Positions 25,192 through 35,739 of a stretch of DNA of 51,450 nucleotides are shown here, one piece after another. Position numbers and translations under genes: made by a program. The stretch comes from Patescibacteria group bacterium (GTDB lineage Bacteria; Patescibacteriota; Minisyncoccia; Phycocordibacterales; JBBUBG01), in the NCBI GenBank assembly GCA_040384765.1, contig JAZKIQ010000003.1:1-51450 (forward strand). Direction: 5' to 3'. How positions within the stretch are numbered: the first letter of the stretch is position 1; each line of letters opens with the position of its first letter. The notes beneath the pieces are model-generated. The model was given only the letters and a program-made list of their open reading frames with translations, did not search any database and was not told the origin of the DNA.

Positions 25192-27513
25192 CTAGCGCTT
25201 TCCGCTTGCTGCGCTGTCCGATGCACTCACCGGATACTCTACTTCGCACACCCCAGATACACAGGCGAGCTCTTTCTTCACCTCGGTCTCATCGTGCTTC
25301 TCGTAGGTCACGATCTTTGAAAAGTCGATATTCTCAAACCGCTTGGTCATCTCTTCGTAACGCTCTTTGTTGATCTCTTCATACGGAGCAAGCTGGTATA
25401 CATGCTCGTCGCGCGGGAGAAATGAGAGGCCGCCCACAAGCTCCCAGTTTTTGTAGAGCCAGTGCGCCGCTTCGATCCACTCGTGCTCGCCTACCGACAC
25501 CGTTACCGACGGATTGTGCTCAGTAAAGTTCTCTTTCACAATCTTCCAGTACTCAAGCTGATCGATAGCACTCTGGTCGTTCTTGAAGATCGAGCCGTTG
25601 GGAGCCTTTACTGGGAACTCGAGCACGTAGGTGGTTGCGCCCTCCATTGTCTGCCCTACCTCTGGATAGTACGGAATCCCCTGATCTCGGAGCATCTTAA
25701 AGAGTGCGTCGGTCGAGGCAATACGTACGCGACGGATATAGTAGGGAGCAAAGCGAGGATGCATACCAGAGGAGCAGTCTACCGTCTGCGAGAGGTTGCC
25801 CGATGGCTTCACGCAGGTGATGCAGGTCGACTGGTTGATACCAAAGCGCTTTGCGTAGATCTTGTTGAGTCGCACTGCTTCCTGACGGAGCTTTTTGAGC
25901 ACTTCGGGCTTCCTTGCTGCTGGACAGTCCCACTGGCCGGTCACCGACACACCAAGGAGCCGCTCTGCCTCACAGTGCTGCTTCCACTCCTTCGAGAGGT
26001 ACGGAAACTTGGTAAGGGTCGCTTGATAGGTACCAAGGATAACAGCAGTCTTCATCTTGCGCATCAGATCCTCCTCCTTGTCCTCTGCACGCGCCACAAT
26101 CTCTGAGAGGTTGCAGAACTGCTTTGACTGGAGAATGATCTCGCCGCACGGGTTGGTGCCCCACTGAGGTGCTGCATCCTCCTTAAACTGTGCGAGACGG
26201 CGCTCGGGGAGCTGCTTTTTGAGCCCACCACGGTTGAAGATGCCACGCTCACCAGAACCCGACTTCATAAGAGCTACCCACTCGTCGAGAAACTCACTCG
26301 CAAGAGGCTTTGCTTCGTACACCGCAGAGTTGTTGGCAAGCGATCGCTGAGGCTCGGTCATATAAAACTGGCCTTTCTTTGCATCGCGGATATGCTCGTC
26401 GTCGAGATCGGAGAGGGAGATCATCGCACTGCGACGCACCCCTCCAGCCACCACGATCTCACCTACCTTGCAGATAATGTCGTGCGCATCGAGGTTTGTC
26501 AGGCGGCGGCCCTGGCGCTTGAGCATCTTTTCACGCGTGAAATCAAGCAGCTGCCGGAGCGGCTCGGGGCCCGAGCTCTTGCCTCCCATAGTCTTCAGGC
26601 GTGCGCCTGCTGGACGAAGCTGGGAATAATCAAACTTGATATCGTTGCCCGCGGCCCATGTGTTCATGCCAAGCGCAAATGAATCGCACCAGCCCTCTTT
26701 TGAGTCGGGGATTAGATGCACTGCTGCGGCCTTGCCTGTCTGCACCTTGATCTGCGGAAGCGACTGAATATTGCGACTCTCTACCGACCATCCCACACCA
26801 GTACCACACATCGAGATATACATAATCTCCGCAAAGTCCTGAAACGAGGCAGGTGCGATAAAGGAGCAGTTGTAGGCGGTAACGTTGGTGGCACGAGCAG
26901 CAGGCCCCGCAAACTGGAGGAGTCGCATCGAGGGCATTGCCTCTTGGGCAAGCACTGCCTCGCGCACCTCTGCGTACTCAGACTCTTTGAGCTTGTTGCC
27001 AAGGTTCTCCTTCATAAAGGAGATATACCGGTCGACAGTCTCAATCCAAGTTTCGCGACGATTCTTCTCCTCGATCCACTTGGAGTAGGTGCGATAGTAC
27101 ACAAACTCTCCGAGCGGGTTTTTAAAATATTTCTTGCTCTCTGCTGCAAGGGCGCGCACCTCCTCAGGTACAACACCCTGATCGCGGCGAATCTTTGCGC
27201 GCTGCTCGCGGTAGAGGATGTACGCCTTGGCGGTCTTTGGGAAGTTCTGCGCAACGAGCTTCTTTTCAACAAGGTCTTGAATCTCCTCGACGGTTGGAAC
27301 ATATGCCTTGTTGCCGAGGCGGCGCTCTGCAAGCTCTACAAGCACGCGGCCCGCTACGTGGTCGGCACTCTCTTCGGTGCCTTCAGAAGCAGCAATCATC
27401 GCCTTCCAGATGGCATTGGAAACACGCCCCACGTCAAACTCCACGAGACTTCCGTCGCGCTTTCGGATCTCCTTCGGACCGATCACTTTTTTCTTTGTTT
27501 TTTCGTCCTTCAT
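25192..27513 (-). CDS. nrdJ: Adenosylcobalamin-dependent ribonucleotide reductase (class II, RTPR-type) with ATP cone
   Basis: IRKRDG ATP cone, PSMR, YNCSF, TNPCGEI, CVKPSG, C-terminal CVSGVC. Confidence 0.92.
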   Translation of the reverse strand: MKDEKTKKKVIGPKEIRKRDGSLVEFDVGRVSNAIWKAMIAASEGTEESADHVAGRVLVELAERRLGNKAYVPTVEEIQDLVEKKLVAQNFPKTAKAYILYREQRAKIRRDQGVVPEEVRALAAESKKYFKNPLGEFVYYRTYSKWIEEKNRRETWIETVDRYISFMKENLGNKLKESEYAEVREAVLAQEAMPSMRLLQFAGPAARATNVTAYNCSFIAPASFQDFAEIMYISMCGTGVGWSVESRNIQSLPQIKVQTGKAAAVHLIPDSKEGWCDSFALGMNTWAAGNDIKFDYSQLRPAGARLKTMGGKSSGPEPLRQLLDFTREKMLKRQGRRLTNLDAHDIICKVGEIVVAGGVRRSAMISLSDLDDEHIRDAKKGQFYMTEPQRSLANNSAVYEAKPLASEFLDEWVALMKSGSGERGIFNRGGLKKQLPERRLAQFKEDAAPQWGTNPCGEIILQSKQFCNLSEIVARAEDKEEDLMRKMKTAVILGTYQATLTKFPYLSKEWKQHCEAERLLGVSVTGQWDCPAARKPEVLKKLRQEAVRLNKIYAKRFGINQSTCITCVKPSGNLSQTVDCSSGMHPRFAPYYIRRVRIASTDALFKMLRDQGIPYYPEVGQTMEGATTYVLEFPVKAPNGSIFKNDQSAIDQLEYWKIVKENFTEHNPSVTVSVGEHEWIEAAHWLYKNWELVGGLSFLPRDEHVYQLAPYEEINKERYEEMTKRFENIDFSKIVTYEKHDETEVKKELACVSGVCEVEYPVSASDSAASGKR

Positions 27514-27861
27514 CCCGTTAGAAGCTATGTTAATTAATCTAACCTTTTCAATAGAAACTACTTAAAATAATGAATGTGAGTTTTGCATCGCACCTCTACT
27601 TCTAACGGGATTCATATCCCGTCGAGGATTACTTTTTTAATTACTTTTTTAGATAGATTCGAAGCTTTTTTCGAGCACTTCTCAAAAAAGATACTCACGT
27701 ATTGTACGCCTCGCCTCGAACCCCCGTCGCTGTGGATAACTCTTTTTTTGCTGTAGCAAAACAGATGAAGCAAGGTGTCTAATTTACCTGCCATAGAGTG
27801 CCTATTTGCAACCGTTTTTGAAAAGCTATCTCATCCGATCGCCAGAAAAAACTTTTTGAGA

Positions 27862-28371
27862 CTACCCGGCCACATACCGAAGCGCGAGCACGCACGCAAC
27901 AATCCCAATTGCAGAGCCTGCGATCACATCCGTCGCATAATGTACTCCCAAATAAAGACGCGAAAGCGCCACCAAACTGGCAAACACGATGCCTGCTAAC
28001 CGCAGAGCATTCGCTGCCATTTCCGACTCAGCTTTTCGCGCTACCAAGAAGAAAAAAAGGGCAAAGAAAGAGAAGCCCACTACCGCGTGACCTGAGGGGA
28101 ATGAAAAGGTGGACTCATCGAGAAGTGCATAGCCGGGGCGCGCACGGGCAACCAGAAGCTTGAGGAGATACGACACGAGCTCGGAGCCTGCGACCGACAA
28201 AAGCAGTGCATATGCATAGCTCCGAAGACCGTGCACCCAAAAAAAGAGGGCGGTCGTAGCCAACAGAATGGTGAGGGGCATCGCTCGGGCAATCTCGGTA
28301 AAAAAGAGAAAGAAGTCGAGGCCTGCGGCAGTGCGCAACGGGGCTATCAAGCTTTCAACATAGAGATCCAT
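27862..28371 (-). CDS. PAP2 family phosphatase
   Basis: KLLVARARP, SFPSGH, SRLYLGVHYATD. Confidence 0.92.
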   Translation of the reverse strand: MDLYVESLIAPLRTAAGLDFFLFFTEIARAMPLTILLATTALFFWVHGLRSYAYALLLSVAGSELVSYLLKLLVARARPGYALLDESTFSFPSGHAVVGFSFFALFFFLVARKAESEMAANALRLAGIVFASLVALSRLYLGVHYATDVIAGSAIGIVACVLALRYVAG

Positions 28372-28404
28372 ACACTCAGAATATCATGCCCCGAGTACGC
28401 GCGA

Positions 28405-29178
28405 TCAGGTACGCGGCGCAACATGGAAAAGCACAAAGAGCGGGATCTTCTGGTGGCCAGCCCAAAACGCAGGATCTTTTTCTTTTGCTTCGTAGATCGC
28501 GCGCGGCTCCTGCATGTCGATGATCTCAAAGCCTGCATCGCGAATATCACGGAGCATATCGGCAAAAGGGCGCGACCAGTACGTGGCCTTCAGCGTGTTC
28601 TGGAGAGTGCCCTCGAGCTTCACCACGCCGAGATAGTCGCCATACGGCACCACGGTGCCATCTTTGCGCTTTGTGTAGCCTAGGAGCCTGTGGCGGTCTC
28701 CTTCTTCTTTCGACGCTTCTGCGCTCCAGTAGACCGGGTGATTTACCGAAAAAAGAAATGATCCGCCAGGGCGAAGAAGCCGCCGCACGCCGATGAGCGT
28801 GTGGCGCCAATTGGGAAGGTAGTGCAAGGCAAGGCTCGCGTACGCAAAATCAAACGACGCTTTGGGAAAGTCGAGCTTCTCCATATCCATCACGAGAAAC
28901 TCGTGCGCCGGATACGCTTTCTTTGCCTCCTCGATGAGGCCTGCGGAGATATCGGTGCCTACGATGCGCGCCGCTCCGCGGCGCGCAATCTCCCCCGCCT
29001 CCTCCCCGCTTCCGCATCCGACAAGCAGCACCTCTTTGCCTTTGAGGTCGGGAAGCATCTCGTGCATAGCAGGCCGCTCAAGGAGCGAGCTGCCGTTGCG
29101 GCGACCCGAGCGCGACCCGAGAGCCCACGCCTCGGCGTTTGTATCGTACGACTCAACCGTTTTTGGATCAGTGGGCAT
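28405..29178 (-). CDS. Class I SAM-dependent methyltransferase
   Basis: LLVGCGSG, GTDIS, SLALHY, LRPGG. Confidence 0.88.
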   Translation of the reverse strand: MPTDPKTVESYDTNAEAWALGSRSGRRNGSSLLERPAMHEMLPDLKGKEVLLVGCGSGEEAGEIARRGAARIVGTDISAGLIEEAKKAYPAHEFLVMDMEKLDFPKASFDFAYASLALHYLPNWRHTLIGVRRLLRPGGSFLFSVNHPVYWSAEASKEEGDRHRLLGYTKRKDGTVVPYGDYLGVVKLEGTLQNTLKATYWSRPFADMLRDIRDAGFEIIDMQEPRAIYEAKEKDPAFWAGHQKIPLFVLFHVAPRT

Positions 29179-29221
29179 ATAGAGTCATCTTACAACAGAT
29201 ACGGTAAGCCCAGCAGAACTA

Positions 29222-29249
29222 TTGACTTTTTGTATAAATATAGTATAAT
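29222..29249 (+). promoter_or_regulatory. Sigma70 promoter
   Basis: TTGACT-N16-TATAAT upstream of an AGGAGG-led ORF. Confidence 0.6.
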
Positions 29250-29292
29250 TAATCAGGGGTACAACAAACACTGAAACCAGGAGGAACACACC

Positions 29293-29565
29293 ATGCGGCT
29301 GAACGAACTCATCAGCAAGCTCAACGTGCTCGACGTCGCTCGCGGAATGCCGATCGCGTTCATGATCGAGACCCCCGCCGGAGAGCGCAAGCTCTACGGC
29401 AGCCTCATCAACTACCAGAGCGCCGGCGTGATGCTGTTCACCGGCATGGGTGAGCCGGAGATGATCGAGGCCGAGAAGATCAAGGAGGTCGTCGGGGCGG
29501 TGACCCTCCCCGAACTCCTGCGGATCGCCAACGAGCAGGCGACGGCCGACAAGCAGAACTGCTAG
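29293..29565 (+). CDS. Orphan hypothetical protein (90 aa)
   Basis: AGGAGG SD, GC3-rich codons, terminator at 29593-29629. Confidence 0.75.
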   Translation: MRLNELISKLNVLDVARGMPIAFMIETPAGERKLYGSLINYQSAGVMLFTGMGEPEMIEAEKIKEVVGAVTLPELLRIANEQATADKQNC

Positions 29566-29634
29566 CTACTTAACGCCGAGCTTCGCAGGGTGGGCGCTCT
29601 CGATACAGATCGAGAGCGCCTTTTCTTTTAGATA

Positions 29635-30078
29635 CTACTCTCCCTCGTCCGCGTCCTCATCCTCTTCTACGCCCTTTTCAATCAGAGCCATGCGCACGCG
29701 CCGGGCGAGGTGGGTCGCTGCAAGCACCAGTGCCTCTGCGCCGCGAATACCGGTAACGCCCGCTTTGCTTTCGGCAAAGGCATCGAGCGATCGGCTAAGC
29801 TCATCGGGGCTCATCCCCTTTTTATAAAAATCACGAAAAAGCGCGCGCTGGTTTTCGAGAGCCTGAATCTTGCCGTCGATACCGTCTCGCAGAGGGCCAC
29901 TTGGGGCATCTTCAAAATCTGCCTGAAGATCAAGAATCTCGTCCTCGATCGTATCGAGAACGCGTAGTACTGTGCGATCTTGTTCGAGGCGGGACTCACC
30001 GCCTTCGAACGGCGTTCTCCCATCCTCGCTCTCCTCCGGCCGCTTTGGGCCGGACTCATCTTTTCCTCTTTTTGTCAT
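29635..30078 (-). CDS. Acidic helical hypothetical protein
   Basis: 147-aa ORF convergent on a shared terminator. Confidence 0.6.
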   Translation of the reverse strand: MTKRGKDESGPKRPEESEDGRTPFEGGESRLEQDRTVLRVLDTIEDEILDLQADFEDAPSGPLRDGIDGKIQALENQRALFRDFYKKGMSPDELSRSLDAFAESKAGVTGIRGAEALVLAATHLARRVRMALIEKGVEEDEDADEGE

Positions 30079-30145
30079 TTAAAAAGTCGTTCTAAATAAG
30101 ACGAAACCAGTATACCGCCCACGCGCCCAAATCCAAGAGGGTTGA

Positions 30146-30276
30146 CCCCGCACTAGATTTTGGCATTGCTCTTCGTGCTTTTTAGCCTTTCCGTAAAGGA
30201 AGAAGCTGTGACACTCTACCAAGTTGCTTACTTACTCGAACAAGAGCTAGCACGATGCCAAAATTCAGTGACGGGG
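30146..30276. mobile_element. MITE-like element with ~22-bp imperfect TIRs and TTGA target duplication
   Basis: CCCCGCACTAGATTTTGGCAT / ATGCCAAAATTCAGTGACGGGG flanked by TTGA at 30142 and 30277. Confidence 0.6.
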
Positions 30277-30311
30277 TTGACAACTCGACAATAGATATGT
30301 ATTTTAAAACT

Positions 30312-30487
30312 ATGTGCAACTCACATCTCATCTTCTATAAGAATCCCCAGGCCGGCATCTCGCCGACCGCTCTTCCTCGACGCCTAGCCAAGGCTCTGTT
30401 TGCAGAAACATCAAAAGACACGTATCAGTAAGTCTCACGAAGTAACCCGCAAAAACAGTCTCGGCTAGGCAGCTGAGACTGTTTTTT
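30312..30487 (+). promoter_or_regulatory. uORF (30312-30431, 39 aa) plus terminator: putative attenuator
   Basis: 15-bp stem 30451-30465/30472-30486 with U-tract; alternative pairings available. Confidence 0.5.
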
Positions 30488-30556
30488 GTTTCGACTGCCT
30501 AGAATAGTTCTTTCCCATCTACAGGCCAACATGCCGCTTTGGCGGCAAGGAGCACT

Positions 30557-31819
30557 ATGACGGAGTGCGATCGCACGATCCGCCTCTACTACCTGTTCTC
30601 GATCACCCGCTTCCCTGTGTTCTGGGGCACGATCATCATCACCTACATCATGGAGGTGGGTCAGATGACCCTCTCCGAGGTGTACAACTTCGAGATGTGG
30701 TGCGTGATCATCGTGGCCGCGCTCCAGGTGCCGACCGGTGCATACGCCGACCTCGTGGGTAGGGTGCGCGCACTCAAGATCGGCCTCGTCTTCTTGATCC
30801 TCCAGGGTATCGCGTTTGTCCTCGCGGACGGACCGTTCCTGATCTGGGTCTCGAACATTCTCTGGGCGATCGGTTTTTCGTTCGCCTCGGGTGCCGACAG
30901 CGCATTCCTCTACGACACGCTTCTCGACTATGGCCGGGAAAAAGAGTTCCGCAAGATCCAGGGCCGCGCGCTCGCCTACGCCCTCGCGCTCACTGCGGTG
31001 CTTGCACCGCTCGCAGGGCACCTCGCCGCGTGGAATATCCGCGCACCGCTCATGGCGGACGTGGTGATCCTCTGCATCGGGCTCTTCTTCGCCTGCAAGC
31101 TCTCCGAGCCTGCGCATCATACGCAGGGGACGAAGCGGAGTGCCGGTCGACAGATCTGCCTCGGTGCACGCGAAGTGGCTACACATCCGCGCATCATCTG
31201 GCTCATCGCTTTCATGGTGACGATCGCCGTTACCGGGAAGCTCTGGTTCTTTACCTACAACCCGTACTTCAAGCACGTGGGGATGCCGATCCACCAGTTC
31301 GGCTATCTCTTCTGCCTCATGAACGTGATCGCTGCTACGTCGGGCTACTATGCCGATAGTCAGGCAAAACGTCTTTCGTCGAAGCAGAGCGTGACATTCA
31401 TCTTGCTCGCGATCGCGATTCCGATCTGGCTCATGGGTGCGTGGGTGTCGAAAGGTGCCGCACTCCTCGTGCTCTTTCAGCAGTGGGTGCGCGGCTACCT
31501 CAAGCCCTTTGTCGACGGACTCTTCCAGAGCGAAGTGGCAAGCGACAAGCGGGCGACCGTAGCATCGGTACAGTCGATGGCGGCAGGCCTCCTCGAGGTG
31601 CTGTGCCTCGCCTGGTTCTCAAAGGTGACCGAGGAGCACACGCTTCCCGTCGCCCTCCAGGGGTTAGGTATCACCGCACTCGCAGTCGGCCTCGTGCTGA
31701 TCGCAACGTACGGAAAAGTGTTCAAGGAAAACGACTCGGAAGCTACGAAGGGTGACGCGGCAGAAGCCACGCTCAGCCTCGAGTCCGAAAGCGAAGTCCG
31801 CAAGACCGCCAACATGTAG
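30557..31819 (+). CDS. MFS transporter
   Basis: QVPTGAYADLVGR motif A, SGADSAFLYD, RATVASV; about 12 TM; AAGGAG SD. Confidence 0.9.
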   Translation: MTECDRTIRLYYLFSITRFPVFWGTIIITYIMEVGQMTLSEVYNFEMWCVIIVAALQVPTGAYADLVGRVRALKIGLVFLILQGIAFVLADGPFLIWVSNILWAIGFSFASGADSAFLYDTLLDYGREKEFRKIQGRALAYALALTAVLAPLAGHLAAWNIRAPLMADVVILCIGLFFACKLSEPAHHTQGTKRSAGRQICLGAREVATHPRIIWLIAFMVTIAVTGKLWFFTYNPYFKHVGMPIHQFGYLFCLMNVIAATSGYYADSQAKRLSSKQSVTFILLAIAIPIWLMGAWVSKGAALLVLFQQWVRGYLKPFVDGLFQSEVASDKRATVASVQSMAAGLLEVLCLAWFSKVTEEHTLPVALQGLGITALAVGLVLIATYGKVFKENDSEATKGDAAEATLSLESESEVRKTANM

Positions 31820-31851
31820 ATGTAGTACACCTGGTCCCATAGACCAGAAAG

Positions 31852-31882
31852 CCCCGCCAAAAATTGGCGGGGTTCTTTTTTT
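31852..31882 (+). terminator. Terminator after MFS gene
   Basis: CCCCGCCAA-AAA-TTGGCGGGG then T-run. Confidence 0.7.
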
Positions 31883-31904
31883 AGATAAATCTCTGTGATG
31901 CAGC

Positions 31905-32345
31905 CTAGACTTCCAGATCGTCTTTTGCGTCTTTGATCAGCTGGATCAGCTTATCGAGCTTGATGTTCACGAGCTCGAGCTGGCGCTTCATATCGGAGCT
32001 GCCGCTGTCTGTCGCGCGCGGTGCAGGGCGGGAGAACGAAGAGCCGCCAAAGTCGCGCTTTGGGTAGCCCGATGTTGGGCGGTCGCCCGAGTCAGGAGCA
32101 TTCGTACGGAAACAGTCTCGGCAGAGCACTGGCTTTTCGCCGTTTGGGCGAAACGGCACCTGGCACTCCTTGCTGCAGCGTGAGCAGACCGCGTCGTGGA
32201 ATGTGCGCTCACCACCGTCGAAAGCACCGCGCTTGGCGCCAAATTTTGGTCCAAAGCTGGGCTTCCCGCCAAAGCTTGGGCGGTCGCCACCACGCTTAAA
32301 GCCCCCCGGCTTCCCAAACTTCTCCCTCTTTTTAAATTCAGCCAT
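31905..32345 (-). CDS. CxxC-x17-CxxC domain protein
   Basis: AVCSRCSKECQVPFRPNGEKPVLCRDCF within RG/FG-rich low-complexity sequence. Confidence 0.9.
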   Translation of the reverse strand: MAEFKKREKFGKPGGFKRGGDRPSFGGKPSFGPKFGAKRGAFDGGERTFHDAVCSRCSKECQVPFRPNGEKPVLCRDCFRTNAPDSGDRPTSGYPKRDFGGSSFSRPAPRATDSGSSDMKRQLELVNIKLDKLIQLIKDAKDDLEV

Positions 32346-32486
32346 AGAAACGGTGTAAATATGATGTTAATTCCCCCTTCAAGAGTTCGATTCCTTGAGA
32401 GGCAACAATACCACTATTTGGAGGTTTTGGCTAGATATGGTGCACGAACCTCACTTCTTTTACACGAGGCGTCGTGACACTAGCTT

Positions 32487-34103
32487 CTAGCGTGGAGGTA
32501 GGTGTGGAGTAAACGCAGCAACCAAAGCGTTCTTCAATTTTAGGAACGTAGGATCTTCCGCCCCGGCAGGCTGACGAAGCGCAGTGCCAATCAGATCAAT
32601 ATAGATATCCTCCGAGATATCCAGATTAGAGAGCAGTATTTTGAAACAGTCTTTCCCCGGTAATATTTTGAGGAACTCTGTCGGTGGTCCTGCAATCGCG
32701 GTATTTACGGCCATCTCTTGTTCATCGAAGGTAGTCCCCGCATCTATCCCGGCGAATTTCGACTTTAGATCGTTCACGAATGTCGTCCGCAAGACTTTGG
32801 GATCATCGTCCAACTTCGTACCATTGGCCAAGCCGTCTAGCTGACCGTCGATCTGCTGCTTTACTCGTTCCATCAAGTGCTTGTGCATTCGCCCGCGTAC
32901 GAAGGTCGAGCGGACTTCAGCCTCAAAGGCCAGATAGTGGTTGTCAAAATCTGTTTCTGTCATGCCGAAATGAAGGGCAAGTGCTTTAGCAACATCTCTC
33001 ATGCAAAGTAACCCTTCGACTTCCTGGGTGGGCAGCACAAAAATACCACTGGTCCCCGAAAGGTGCGCCAGATACTTTTCTGGAAAATAGTCACGCTCGA
33101 CTATTCCCAAGGGCTCGGCATTACTTACGACTTTCTTTTGTTGGAACACTCGCACTGCGTCAAGTACAGCACGGCAACTTCCTACTGGAACGACGGCTGT
33201 GCCAGGAGATTGAAACCATGCGCCGTAAAATTCAGAATCGATGCTTGCGGAAGGCACTCCCTCGCTGAACACGAGCCTTTTAGCAACTAACGAAAGACTC
33301 GCTGCACCTAGGATATCTTCAATGATCTCGGGTGGTATGCCAGAATTTCGATCTACCATTTCCGCCTCGGATACACTTTTCACGATTCCTATTTCCGCTC
33401 CGCGCCGTGATAGAGCAAAAGGCAGATCGTGTGTGACATAGACAAAGCGACAGTCGGGACGCTCTGCTTGGAGCGTGTCCCAAAAACTGCGTGCCAATAG
33501 CGAGTGAAAATGAACCTCTGGTTCGTCAATCACGACCACTCCGGCGGGTGCTCGCAAGACACGAGCAATAAGATAAATCGCGACGCGCTCGCCATCACTC
33601 ATCGTATGCGCACCATAAGGCGTAGTAGCTGTACCGCTGAGTGCTGAGGTCACCTTCGGTTCGTTTGTAGTGAAATCAAGTTTCCTGCCAGGAAACGTTT
33701 GATGCCAGATGCGCAGCAATGCATCGAGTTTGGTCGGAACTATTTCAGCCTTCAATCGGTCCTCCCGTGCCGCCTCACGGAATCTAATAGCTTCATCAGC
33801 GTGCGTTGCCATCAGCTCCGAAAGCATTTCGTTAAACTCGTCTGCCTGGCGAAAGTATTCGGTTAGGCTTCGAGTTATCTTGCTCGAAGCTTCGCTTGTT
33901 GCTTCACGCGACGCTCGTGATGGTATGACCTGCTCGAACGCAAGTGAACGCAATGCTGGGATTCTTTGACCATTAGATTTTTGCGCAACCGAAACACCAA
34001 AGCGGGTTTTACCAGCTCCATTGGGACCAATAAAAACAACAGGGGCTGTGCCCCCTATCTCGGTACCGCTGGGGAGAATTACTTTTATTTCCGTTCCTGC
34101 CAT
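32487..34103 (-). CDS. ABC-type ATPase fused to TOPRIM-like (DUF4435/OLD-like) domain; PARIS-like defence candidate
   Basis: GPNGAGKT, MSDGER, VIDEPEVH, VTHD; then FSEG..SID and GIVERDY. Confidence 0.75.
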   Translation of the reverse strand: MAGTEIKVILPSGTEIGGTAPVVFIGPNGAGKTRFGVSVAQKSNGQRIPALRSLAFEQVIPSRASREATSEASSKITRSLTEYFRQADEFNEMLSELMATHADEAIRFREAAREDRLKAEIVPTKLDALLRIWHQTFPGRKLDFTTNEPKVTSALSGTATTPYGAHTMSDGERVAIYLIARVLRAPAGVVVIDEPEVHFHSLLARSFWDTLQAERPDCRFVYVTHDLPFALSRRGAEIGIVKSVSEAEMVDRNSGIPPEIIEDILGAASLSLVAKRLVFSEGVPSASIDSEFYGAWFQSPGTAVVPVGSCRAVLDAVRVFQQKKVVSNAEPLGIVERDYFPEKYLAHLSGTSGIFVLPTQEVEGLLCMRDVAKALALHFGMTETDFDNHYLAFEAEVRSTFVRGRMHKHLMERVKQQIDGQLDGLANGTKLDDDPKVLRTTFVNDLKSKFAGIDAGTTFDEQEMAVNTAIAGPPTEFLKILPGKDCFKILLSNLDISEDIYIDLIGTALRQPAGAEDPTFLKLKNALVAAFTPHLPPR

Positions 34104-34205
34104 GCCGAGTCATTCTATTTCTTTCAGCGGGACAATACAACAATTCACGGCCGCGCGACCGCCTGTTGGGCTGTCACGTCACCGTCTCATGTTACTGCGC
34201 GGTGT

Positions 34206-35453
34206 TTACCTTTTCTTTGCGCGATCCCTATATTTCTTCCTCTGAAGCCCAAGGTGGTATCGGTGAAAATCCTCACTATCACACTCCTTCTCAATCGTTA
34301 GCGCTTGCATACATCGCCCGCGCCTATACGGGCCGAACAATTTCGCGAATTCTCCCTGAAACCATGGCAGGGTTTGATACTCCTTGCCCTTCGTTGTCTC
34401 CGCTTCAAAATCAGGATTACCTGGAAGTCTCCCGTACTCATCCATTGCACCGGAACCGCCTGGACCGCCGCCCCACATGATTGTTCCTCCCCAGTGAATG
34501 GCTCGTGGGTCAGGCATCAGCAGATAGCCATGACCGTACGTATTCCAATCTGATTTTGAGACATGACGTTCCGGATATAGCCACTCTTCTTTCGCGGCGG
34601 CAATGTAACGAGCTGCTCGGCTCTTGATGATGAAATTAATCTCGCGAACTTCTTGCTCGCTCAGATCGCGTAATACTTGCACCTCAGTAAATTTGAATAT
34701 CGCACCTCGGAATGGATTTGGATTCGGCCGAGGCTTGGTGGCTGACTGGTACGGATTCCGCACCCACGAGAGATTGGTGAGAATGAGTGCTTTATCGATT
34801 GAAAGCGGGAAGATCGTATGGGTCCCCTGGAGCCAAATCTCGGGGTCATTCGACTCACGACACCATTGTGATCGAGGTCCGCATTCTCGGTTATATACGG
34901 TGACTGGGTGATCAGAGACGACAAACTTTGTAGCTGACTGAGACGCATCGACAATAAGCCAGACGCATTCCATCCAGAGCGCGGAGTGGAGTTGCCGCAG
35001 GCGGATCATTGCTCGGAGAAGCTGGTCTTTGTCCGAGCTGCCGATTTTTTTACTCAAGTACGATAGCCCTTTAGGCGTTCGAAGTTTTTGGGTACTCATA
35101 TAGAGCATTATGTCCTCAAGAGAGCTACCCCAGTCGATAAGCGGATACCCGAAATTCTCAAAGTACTCGACAGCAGGTCGCCCCTTCGTGTCAATCTCGC
35201 CGAAAAAGTGTTTCTCGATATCTTTCACTTCGATGCCACGGATTTTTGTGGTATAGAGATCCTTTTCGACGAAACACCTTTTGCTGCCTCGCGGCTCCAC
35301 GGCCTTTCTTGTATGACGCACGCCACGCGGATCGGTGAAAGTATCCGGATTGAAATCCAGGTGGAACAACTTATGCTCGCCAGGGAGCATGAATTTCCTT
35401 TGATACCACTGAGGCACATAATGGTGATTGCGGTATTCATCGGGCATTCCCAA
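34206..35453 (-). CDS. DUF4238 domain protein
   Basis: HHYVPQWYQRKF, FVVSDHPV, IFPLS. Confidence 0.8.
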   Translation of the reverse strand: MGMPDEYRNHHYVPQWYQRKFMLPGEHKLFHLDFNPDTFTDPRGVRHTRKAVEPRGSKRCFVEKDLYTTKIRGIEVKDIEKHFFGEIDTKGRPAVEYFENFGYPLIDWGSSLEDIMLYMSTQKLRTPKGLSYLSKKIGSSDKDQLLRAMIRLRQLHSALWMECVWLIVDASQSATKFVVSDHPVTVYNRECGPRSQWCRESNDPEIWLQGTHTIFPLSIDKALILTNLSWVRNPYQSATKPRPNPNPFRGAIFKFTEVQVLRDLSEQEVREINFIIKSRAARYIAAAKEEWLYPERHVSKSDWNTYGHGYLLMPDPRAIHWGGTIMWGGGPGGSGAMDEYGRLPGNPDFEAETTKGKEYQTLPWFQGEFAKLFGPYRRGRCMQALTIEKECDSEDFHRYHLGLQRKKYRDRAKKR

Positions 35454-35739
35454 AGATTACTCCTGTCAGCAAAAAAGTTCGAATCTCTTTCAGGTTCGAA
35501 CTTTTTTGCATTTATACGCGCCTTCAAGAATCCTTATTCTACAAGGTGAAATGGCCGCGTAACACCACCCCACTTTTCTGCGGGGACGATATCCGGAAGT
35601 TTGAACCGGAAAAGTGGCTCAAATTCAATAATCTTGATAAAAACATGTAGAAATTACGAACCATGCTCAAGCACTACTCTCAATGAGCGGAGGGGCACCG
35701 AAGCCAAAATCAACTGAGGGCAAGAATGAAGCTGGTTAT

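Noticed and set aside
27731-27739. DnaA box TGTGGATAA as oriC
   Set aside because: Only one perfect box was seen; at most it is a regulatory site for nrdJ.
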